Below, one piece after another: positions 10,795 to 18,100 of a stretch of 64,000 nt of DNA (within the stretch, counting starts at the first letter, position 1; the number at the start of each line of letters is the position of its first letter). The position numbers and the translations under genes are program-made. Below the pieces are notes generated by a model that did not search any database, had not been told where the DNA came from, and was given only the letters and a program-made list of their open reading frames with translations. The DNA lies in NCBI GenBank assembly GCA_963731535.1, contig CAVSWI010000014.1, positions 4,017-68,016 on the forward strand, in the 5' to 3' direction. The stretch is from an uncultured Acidobacteriota bacterium. Lineage in GTDB: Bacteria; Acidobacteriota; Terriglobia; Acidiferrales; UBA7541.

Positions 10795-11552
10795 ATCCAA
10801 AATTGATTTCTTCGCGCTCCGGAGCTTTGCGCCGCGCCGCATTATTCGTTGCACCGGTATTGCTAGCCGCCGTCATCATCCTTTGCACTGCTCCCTCCCG
10901 TGCAGGACGCTCAAATCGAACGGCCGCTCCTTATGGGTCCGCTGCTTCCCTCATCGTGGCCGACAAAGGGAAACTGCGCATCCTGGTCAATGGACAGCAA
11001 GTCGGCAAGGAAGAATTTGAAATCAGTCCCAGTGGCAGTAACTGGGTAGCTCACGGCACTGCGGAAATTCAAAGCCCGCAGGGAAACTCACACGTGAATG
11101 GAACTCTGGAATTAATGCCGGACGGCACACCCATACATTACCAGTGGTCCACCGAGGCCCCGAAAAAAGCCTCGGCGGTTATTGCCTTCAACGGCCCGAA
11201 AGCCGATATCGAGCTGCATCTCGAAGGCGCCCGGCCTTACAATCAGCAGTTCACTTTCAACTCGCCCCTCGTCATCATTCTCGATAACAACCTCTACCAT
11301 CAATACGCCATTCTTGGCCGGATTTACGATTGGGATAAAAAGGGCGCGCAAACTTTTTCAGTTCTCGTCCCTCAGGAAAACACGCCTGGAAGCATCACCG
11401 TGGAATCGCTAGGCAAACAGCCGGTGGGCAGTGCGCAATTCGAAGAATTAAGCGTGAAGACAGAAGACAATGAAATTGACGCATTTTTCGACGGCCCTAA
11501 GCTGATGCGCCTCGTCGCTCCCGCGGCTAACGCTGAAATAGTTCGCGAATAA
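10791..11552 (+). CDS. Hypothetical secreted protein
   Basis: 253-aa ORF with an N-terminal signal anchor (AALFVAPVLLAAVIILCTAPSRA). ATGA overlap with the aroK stop. No motif recognised. Confidence 0.6.
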   Translation: MNPKLISSRSGALRRAALFVAPVLLAAVIILCTAPSRAGRSNRTAAPYGSAASLIVADKGKLRILVNGQQVGKEEFEISPSGSNWVAHGTAEIQSPQGNSHVNGTLELMPDGTPIHYQWSTEAPKKASAVIAFNGPKADIELHLEGARPYNQQFTFNSPLVIILDNNLYHQYAILGRIYDWDKKGAQTFSVLVPQENTPGSITVESLGKQPVGSAQFEELSVKTEDNEIDAFFDGPKLMRLVAPAANAEIVRE

Positions 11553-11618
11553 GAGCAAGCCCCTTTCACCGCTCGCGATTTGGGCGCCAATACTCGATCG
11601 CTGCGAAGAAGAAAACTA

Positions 11619-11644
11619 AAGGCCCGGGAGCGTGCCCGGGCCTT
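11619..11644. terminator. Bidirectional terminator-like hairpin between convergent operons
   Basis: AAGGCCCGGG-agcgtg-CCCGGGCCTT, a perfect 10-bp GC-rich stem between the stop at 11552 (+) and the stop at 11680 (-). Confidence 0.6.
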
Positions 11645-11679
11645 GGGGTGGGAGTTACAAGTGGATGCTCAGTTTACCG

Positions 11680-12882
11680 CTAAAGCTGCGCGCGGCGAAC
11701 CATATGTGTTGATTCACTAGGTTTAGGTTTTTCGATCGTCACCGCAACGCTCATCTCCGAACCTTTGCGAAGAATTCCCAGGCTCACTGTTTTCTGGTCA
11801 CTCTTGTCGCGGAGTTGCTGGCGCAGCTCGCTGAGCGAACCCACCGGCTTTCCGTTTACCTTGACGATCACATCCCCGGCCTGGAGTCCGGCCTTCTCCG
11901 CGGCGGTGCCTGAGCGGACTTCCCGAACCAGGATGCCTGCCCCGTTCGGTGCGCCGAAATAATCCCCCAGTTGACCCGAAAGATCTTCCGCGCTGATTCC
12001 TAGCGAAGGCGCGCGGCTATCCATGTCACTCAACATTGCCGGCGTGTCGATATGGAAATCAAAGTTTGGATCGCTGAGAACGTAGGCGTTTCCGAAATCG
12101 CGCATTTTGCCTTTCATCTTCTTTTCGTAAAACGCGCTGCGATCTCCCAGTTCCACGGAAACTTCTTGTGTGCTGCCATTGCGCGAAATTGTCATCGAGA
12201 TGTTTCGGCCCGCTGGCGTTTCGCGAACCAGCCGCCGGAATTGAACTGTGCCTTCCACCGCTTGTCCGTCGTAGCGCGTAATTACATCATGTTCTTTCAA
12301 GCCGGCCTTGGCCGCGGGACTGTCTGGTTCGACATCCACCACTTCCACGCCACGGACTTCGGTAAGCTTCAAGTCCTTGGCTTTTTCCGCATTCACTTCG
12401 CCAATTTCCACCCCCAGCCAGCCGTTGCCTTCGTCAGTTGCAGTGGTAAAAACCCTCGGTTCCTGCTCCCCTGTCTCGGCCGCTTTTTCCTGCGCTTGTG
12501 CCGCGAGATCCGCTGCCTGCGACGCAAGCTCCTGCGCGCGAGCTCCCCACTCACCCTGATTTCCCGCTATGCGGGCCGAGAGACCTTGTAACTTGGCAAT
12601 TTGCGGCGCGTTCATCTCGACCTCCTTCGCGATCTTCTCCTGCAGGTCGGCCAGCGGTTCCTGCAATTCCTGTTCGTTAATACGCACGGAGTCCTTCCAT
12701 TGTTCCAGGGAATCTTTTAAATCTGGACAAGCAGTGGCTGGTTCAGAAGGGGTTGACGCGGCGGCTGGGCCGGCTGAGGTTGGGCTTTGGGTTGGGGATT
12801 GCGCTTTTAGCGTTCCGGGCATGCTACCAACCATCAGCAACATGATCCCGAGACTTGCCAACGGATACGGGAACTTCTTCAT
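11680..12882 (-). CDS. Periplasmic double-PDZ protein without a protease domain
   Basis: Signal peptide (MKKFPYPLASLGIMLLMVGSMPGTLKAQ), a coiled-coil/low-complexity region, then two PDZ domains (GWLGVEIGEV...PAAKAGLKEHDVI and GILVREVRSGTAAEKAGLQAGDVIVKVNG). No His/Asp/Ser trypsin-fold region. Confidence 0.8.
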   Translation of the reverse strand: MKKFPYPLASLGIMLLMVGSMPGTLKAQSPTQSPTSAGPAAASTPSEPATACPDLKDSLEQWKDSVRINEQELQEPLADLQEKIAKEVEMNAPQIAKLQGLSARIAGNQGEWGARAQELASQAADLAAQAQEKAAETGEQEPRVFTTATDEGNGWLGVEIGEVNAEKAKDLKLTEVRGVEVVDVEPDSPAAKAGLKEHDVITRYDGQAVEGTVQFRRLVRETPAGRNISMTISRNGSTQEVSVELGDRSAFYEKKMKGKMRDFGNAYVLSDPNFDFHIDTPAMLSDMDSRAPSLGISAEDLSGQLGDYFGAPNGAGILVREVRSGTAAEKAGLQAGDVIVKVNGKPVGSLSELRQQLRDKSDQKTVSLGILRKGSEMSVAVTIEKPKPSESTHMVRRAQL

Positions 12883-12914
12883 GTGATTGTCCTCGCTTTA
12901 GGTAGTACGACCCT

Positions 12915-13679
12915 TCAGACACCTGGCCTTTGCAGGAACAGGCGTATGCCGCCGTTAATCGTGCGAACTGAAATTTGGCCGCCCCCCACTCCGAGTTTCG
13001 CCTGATAGGCGCGTGCCCCGGGGGATCCAGCAGTCGAAGTTACCGGCAAATCCGAAGTCACGTCACCGTTCATGCTCAGCACCTTCAGGTCCGCGCGAGC
13101 CGAAGTCGGCAATCCCAGCACAACCGACCCGTTTACCGTTTCTAGATTCATGGGGCCGCCATCGGACAGTTGGCGAAGCTCCAGCCGTACATTTCCATTG
13201 GTAGTCTTCTCGCTGAACCGCCCCGTGCTGTTGGTCACTTCCACATTCCCATTTACGGAACGCAGCGCTCCGGAGCCTTCTACACCGCGAACGATCACGC
13301 TTCCGTTTACCGTTTCCACGCTTCCCAACAGGATTCGATACGGCACGCGTACGTGATATTCCACCGCTACTTCCGCGCCTTCTCCTTTCGGATAGCGCGT
13401 GTGCACCGCAATCTTGCCCGGCGTGCTGTCCACTTCAATTTTCACCAGCTCCACGTCGTGCTGATCGCTCTGAGAAGTTTTTACCGCCGTCACTTCCACC
13501 TCATCGCGTTCCCAGCCGTCCACCTGCACGGATCCATTCACATTGTCCAGCAGGAAGCTTCCGCCCGGCGGCAGCGGATAGGTTTGTTTGAAAAACTTGT
13601 CAATTTCGCCCGCCGAAGAGTTGGGCGAAAAAAAGAGGATTGCGGCCAGCAACAAAAGAAAGCTCGCTGCAGCTTTCAT
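12915..13679 (-). CDS. DUF4097-like beta-helical repeat protein
   Basis: ORF 12915-13820. The likely start at 13679 (MKAAASFLLLLAAILFF) gives a signal peptide. Repeats NGSV(I/V)V, NGNVEV, NGNVRL, NGSVVL, NGDVTS, NGGIRL. Confidence 0.7.
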   Translation of the reverse strand: MKAAASFLLLLAAILFFSPNSSAGEIDKFFKQTYPLPPGGSFLLDNVNGSVQVDGWERDEVEVTAVKTSQSDQHDVELVKIEVDSTPGKIAVHTRYPKGEGAEVAVEYHVRVPYRILLGSVETVNGSVIVRGVEGSGALRSVNGNVEVTNSTGRFSEKTTNGNVRLELRQLSDGGPMNLETVNGSVVLGLPTSARADLKVLSMNGDVTSDLPVTSTAGSPGARAYQAKLGVGGGQISVRTINGGIRLFLQRPGV

Positions 13680-13849
13680 CGGCCATTGCACATGGGACTG
13701 GCATGGCCTGCTTCGCATCGTCGTTTGCACAGTACGCCCCCTTGAATCTACTGCTTCTCTGCTCTGTGGACGTTCGGCCCTTTTCGGCCGGGAATCTTTT
13801 CGCCCGCACGACCTGGGCAACGCCGCGCCGGGAGGCTTTGTTGCTCCGT

Positions 13850-15238
13850 CTACGGCGCATTCTCGTGCGCTTGCGCTCGCTCGAGTTGCTGCAACTGCAA
13901 ACGTATTTTCTCCTGCATTTGTTCCATTTGCTGTTTGTATAGCTGAACTTGCTTATTCGCGTCACTGGCTACCAGGCGTATGTTTCCCGCCACCGTGCGC
14001 AGATGCAGCACTTCGCCTCCGCCATTCAAGGGGCCTTCTGCGCGAACCATATGCACACCGCTGCTGTCGGACGAGCCGTCATCGCTCATCTTCAACTGAA
14101 ACGCCGGATCGACAATTACGCGATGCTCATCGCCCGATTGAACCTGCGCATCGATCGTCACCGGCAGTTGCCGCGGAAGGTATACAACAATGTCGCCGTC
14201 ATTCGCTTGTAACTCGCACTGGCTCGGTGATTTTACCGGCGCCACAAACCACGCGGTAATAGCTCCCGCTCCCGTGGACGCCTTCACCGGGCTATCCACT
14301 TGCGTCAGGTAAATGCTGCCTCCCACCGTTTCAAGATCGGTTGGCCCCGAAACGCGCACCACACGAATACCGCCTCCGCCTGTTTTCGCCCTTACCAACC
14401 CGGTAGACTCCCCTACCTCAATCTGTCCGCCCGTAGTCTCCGCAGTGAGCGCGCTTCCCGAGTGCTCCACCGTGACGTTTCCGCCCGCAGTCTGCAATTT
14501 CGCCACGCCCTCCACGGACGCCATGCGGATGTGGCCGCCACTCGTGTGCAACGTCGCGCCGCCAGAAACCGCACCGGTCGTGATATGCCCGCCGCCGGTG
14601 TTGGCAAACAACCCTCCGCTCACATTGTTCACCGTGATGTGCCCGCCGCCGGTTACCAGCCGCGCTTCACCGCCAATATTTCCAGCCATGATATTTCCGC
14701 CGGAGGTCAGCACTCTCTCCGGCCCTTCAATGTCATCGCTATCGATGTTTCCGCCGCCGGTGGAAAGATCCAGGCTGTAGTTTTTTGGCACGTTCACCGT
14801 CACCGTTACCCAAAGCCGTCCACTCGATAGCCGAGAGGTTTGCCCACGCAGATAAACTCCATCACCCGTCTCTCGCGCGCTCACCGAAAAATTCTTCAAC
14901 AGTTCTTTCGCATCTTTCTGCGAAGCATCGGTCTCCAGATGAACGGTGTAATCAATCTTTCCTGAATTTTGTGTGTGCACCACGATGTTGCCCAGGTCCA
15001 GCGCGAGATGAAGCCGCAGCCCGTCGCGCGTTGTAATCGTGCCTCTCAAATCGGATTTCAGCCGTGCGCTGGGAGTACGAGGACCATCCGGCGGATCCGC
15101 CAAAGCGGAACCAGCCAGCGTGGTTAGAGCGAACAACGCGAGAAAAGTGATATTGCAGGTAAGAGTTAAACCGGAGAATTCCCTGAAGTATTTCCCGATG
15201 GCGCGCATCGGCCTGGAAGCAAGCCTCGCTCGCGCCAT
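13850..15238 (-). CDS. Large DUF4097-like beta-helical repeat protein with C-terminal coiled coil
   Basis: Signal anchor followed by at least 10 tandem units built on (T/S)GGG.I (TGGGNID, SGGNIM, TGGGHIT twice, SGGHIR, AGGNVT, TGGQIE, TGGGGIR, VGGSIY). C-terminal QQMEQMQEKIRLQLQQLERAQ. Confidence 0.75.
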   Translation of the reverse strand: MARARLASRPMRAIGKYFREFSGLTLTCNITFLALFALTTLAGSALADPPDGPRTPSARLKSDLRGTITTRDGLRLHLALDLGNIVVHTQNSGKIDYTVHLETDASQKDAKELLKNFSVSARETGDGVYLRGQTSRLSSGRLWVTVTVNVPKNYSLDLSTGGGNIDSDDIEGPERVLTSGGNIMAGNIGGEARLVTGGGHITVNNVSGGLFANTGGGHITTGAVSGGATLHTSGGHIRMASVEGVAKLQTAGGNVTVEHSGSALTAETTGGQIEVGESTGLVRAKTGGGGIRVVRVSGPTDLETVGGSIYLTQVDSPVKASTGAGAITAWFVAPVKSPSQCELQANDGDIVVYLPRQLPVTIDAQVQSGDEHRVIVDPAFQLKMSDDGSSDSSGVHMVRAEGPLNGGGEVLHLRTVAGNIRLVASDANKQVQLYKQQMEQMQEKIRLQLQQLERAQAHENAP

Positions 15239-15239
15239 T

Positions 15240-16292
15240 TTAGAACTTTTGCCGCGGCCCTAGATCTTGAATCGCCGCCGCGCTTTGCAGGCGAATGTAT
15301 GTGCTGGGATCTTTGTGCATGCGCTCTCGCAACACGGACAGCAAGTGATCGTCAGATTCCACTTGTCCCTTCGCCGCCATCGCGCGCAACGCGTTGATTG
15401 CTTCCACGCGCACACCGGGATTCTGGTCATCCACCAGCGCATCGAGCAAAGTCTGTTGAATGATGTCTTGCGGCTCCGCGCCGTCCAACGCTTCCAGCGC
15501 CTTCAGTCGCACCGCCGCATTGTGGTCCGTGTGCACTGTCTGGCAAAGCGCTGAGCGAACGTCTGCATCTTTGTTGCGCGCGCGCAGCAAGTCCACCGCA
15601 TTCATGCGAACGTCCGCATCAAAACGCTGGTTGTTGTGCAGCACAAACATCAGAAAATTCTTCACATCGTCGTTGTTCACCGTTCCATGCATGGTGAAAG
15701 GCTGTTGTGCGTTCAAGTGCACTTCCACTTGCGGAGGCTCATCATCCCCGGATGGCAGCACGCTCATCCCAGCCACCTTCGCGGTGTGAAAATCCAACCT
15801 ACTCAGAGAATTGGGATCGTCCGAAGTTGTTCCAACCACGCTGGCGCTCTCCGTATTCACGCCCGTTTGTACAGTATTACCAGCCGCGCGATGCTGCAAC
15901 AGCCTCGGCCCCAGCATCCCCACCGAAAATCCAATCAACAAAAGTAGAGCCGCGCTCCAGGCCGGCGCCGGAGAAATCCAGCTCGTCGGCAGCAAACCAC
16001 CAATCGTGCGCCTTAGCCAGCCATGCTCTTCTTCTGTATCCAACGCATCTTCCAGACTGGCGCGGCATCCCGCCAGCAGCGCCGCATCCGGCTCCGTGCG
16101 ATTCCTTGACAGCAACGCCACCAACGCATTTTCCTGCGCCACCGTGTCATTACACCGCTCGCACTCAACCAGATGGCTTTTCATTTCGGCGAGCTCTGAT
16201 GCATCGAGTTCGCCCGCGGCAAACAGGGTCCACTTCTCTTCAAACCCCTTACAAATCTCAGCCGCCATTTTGTCGTGCTGCTCCTGCTGCAT
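15240..16292 (-). CDS. Anti-sigma factor (zf-HC2) with C-terminal HEAT-like repeats
   Basis: HLVECERCNDT zinc-finger motif and a TM (SAALLLLIGFSVGMLG). The C-terminal ~220 aa carry HEAT/PBS-lyase-like repeats (VRMNAVDLL, AAVRLKALEAL, PGVRVEAINAL, TYIRLQSAAAI). Confidence 0.7.
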   Translation of the reverse strand: MQQEQHDKMAAEICKGFEEKWTLFAAGELDASELAEMKSHLVECERCNDTVAQENALVALLSRNRTEPDAALLAGCRASLEDALDTEEEHGWLRRTIGGLLPTSWISPAPAWSAALLLLIGFSVGMLGPRLLQHRAAGNTVQTGVNTESASVVGTTSDDPNSLSRLDFHTAKVAGMSVLPSGDDEPPQVEVHLNAQQPFTMHGTVNNDDVKNFLMFVLHNNQRFDADVRMNAVDLLRARNKDADVRSALCQTVHTDHNAAVRLKALEALDGAEPQDIIQQTLLDALVDDQNPGVRVEAINALRAMAAKGQVESDDHLLSVLRERMHKDPSTYIRLQSAAAIQDLGPRQKF

Positions 16293-16365
16293 TCCTTTTC
16301 TTCCTCACTGATCAAAACGTATCAAACTTTTCGAACTTGCCCAACCTTACTAAAACTGGCCGCGC

Positions 16366-17163
16366 CTACCTCATGCCATCCAGGCTCGCCCGCAACTTCC
16401 GCGTCGCGCGAAACAAAGAATTCTTCACGGTCTCTTCCGACGTTCCCAACATTTCGCCAATCGCCCGCAATTTCAATCCTTGATAGTGTTTCATCTCGAA
16501 AACCATTCGCTCGCGTGGAGAAAGCCGGTCCAGCGCCGTCGCAATATGCGCTCCCAGCTCTTGACCCAACAAATTCTTCTCCGGATTCGCTCCCGGTCTC
16601 AGTTCCGGCTGACGGTCAAAAAAATCTCGCGTCCCGCCTTCCGCTTCTTCCGGCACCGGTGCTTGATCCTCTCGACGGCTCGTGCGGCGCCGCAAATGAT
16701 CCAGCGCCACGTTGGTCACGATGCGATATAGCCAGGTGTAAAAGCTGCACTCAAACCGGAAACGGTGCAAGTTCCGGTAAACCCGCAAAAAGCTTTCCTG
16801 GTAAATGTCCCGCGCATCTTCGGGACGATGCACCAAATTCAGCGCCAGACGCAGCACGTCGCGGTCGTAGCGCCGCACCAATTCCTCAAACGCCAGACGG
16901 TCTCCCGCCTGTGCGCTTCGCACCAGCGCCTGCTCCTCCGCAAGCTTCACCGCCGCTGCGGCGCGCGCATCTCCTTCCAACGCGACGCTCATCCCCATGG
17001 TGTTTGCCGCCGGTTGGGTTTCCGCTTCGGAGGGCTTCTTCTGTCCGCCATCCCCGTCGCGAACCCCGCGGTCCCCGGACCTTTCTACAAGATTCGAGTA
17101 AATAGACGGTTCTTGTGACCGTTGGTGAGCACCACTTGACGTAGATTTCCCACGATCGGACAT
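16366..17163 (-). CDS. ECF-type RNA polymerase sigma factor (module B)
   Basis: Region 2 (RYDRDVLRLALNLVHRPEDARDIYQESFLRVY...YTWLYRIVTNVALD) and region 4 (RERMVFEMKHYQGLKLRAIGEMLGTSEETVKNSLFRATRKLR). The ORF extends to 17274. The start is uncertain (ATG 17163 or 16998). Confidence 0.85.
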   Translation of the reverse strand: MSDRGKSTSSGAHQRSQEPSIYSNLVERSGDRGVRDGDGGQKKPSEAETQPAANTMGMSVALEGDARAAAAVKLAEEQALVRSAQAGDRLAFEELVRRYDRDVLRLALNLVHRPEDARDIYQESFLRVYRNLHRFRFECSFYTWLYRIVTNVALDHLRRRTSRREDQAPVPEEAEGGTRDFFDRQPELRPGANPEKNLLGQELGAHIATALDRLSPRERMVFEMKHYQGLKLRAIGEMLGTSEETVKNSLFRATRKLRASLDGMR

Positions 17164-17265
17164 AGGTCCCAAAACCTGTCCTCCAGCTGTGATGCACGGG
17201 GTATGTAAGATGTTGTAGCGGATACGTTTAGTCTTTCGAAGTTCGAGTATCCAATCGCGCGAGCT

Positions 17266-17302
17266 GCCGTGCAAAAGTCAGCCGCAAAATGAATTGCACG
17301 GC
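17266..17302 (-). terminator. 9-bp inverted repeat GCCGTGCAA-N19-TTGCACGGC
   Basis: Read directly from the sequence. Lies just downstream of the small minus-strand ORF ending at 17315 and upstream of the module B sigma gene. It could be a terminator or an operator. Confidence 0.3.
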
Positions 17303-17314
17303 ATGCGCCAAAAC

Positions 17315-17527
17315 TCATATCTTCGAGCCCCACCGGATCAGCCCATAGACCGCGACGCAAACCACAAAATCCGTAGCGCTTCCCCCGTCCAACAAAAATT
17401 CCCGATGCCTCAAAGCCTGCGGCAAATGTGGCACCAAAGAAAAATAATAAATCGCATTCCCAACCAAAATAGCAGCCGCGTACTCCACCCACCGTCGAAC
17501 CGTAATCCCCAGAAATTTACGTTGCAT
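17315..17527 (-). CDS. Small hypothetical membrane protein (about 70 aa)
   Basis: From the internal ATG at 17527: MQRKFLGITVRRWVEYAAAILVGNAIYYFSLV...DFVVCVAVYGLIRW, with two hydrophobic helices. Low confidence. Confidence 0.3.
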   Translation of the reverse strand: MQRKFLGITVRRWVEYAAAILVGNAIYYFSLVPHLPQALRHREFLLDGGSATDFVVCVAVYGLIRWGSKI

Positions 17528-18100
17528 GGATGTTGCGCTTGTTCGCCCAACGCGAGCGATGCGAATATAGCCCAACCCCAAGCGAGTCGCAAAATGACAA
17601 ATCGAACATGGCCGGCAGTTTCCGGTGTCTCCGGCTAATCGGGCATTGAGCCATGTGACCACCTTGCAAAAGCGCACCCGCGAGTATCAACAGCATTGGG
17701 GTACTGACGCGAGATGCAAGACGCCGAACATTGTGTAGTCGATAGTTCAGCCGAACGAAGGATTCCTGACGAAGTCTGCCATCTTCGTCCTTGCGATGCC
17801 TCCGGAGGTATCTAAGACGCAGCAGAGTTACCGAAGCCGAGTACGCGGTGTACATGCAAACCAGACCTAAGAGGAGAAGAAAGAGCCGAGTGAAAGGGCT
17901 GAGACCTATGCGATACCACCAATCGGGCCACGCCCAGATGGAACCCGAAGAGTTCAAGTACCATATGTTAATTTGACACCTGAGAGTTTTAACTTGTTCC
18001 GGGAACCTAGCGAGGAGCGTCTGCCGCGCCAACGGTGGTATAAAAGTCCTGCGAGTCCGGATAAGCGAATTAAACAGCAATCCGCAAATACTCTGAACGC

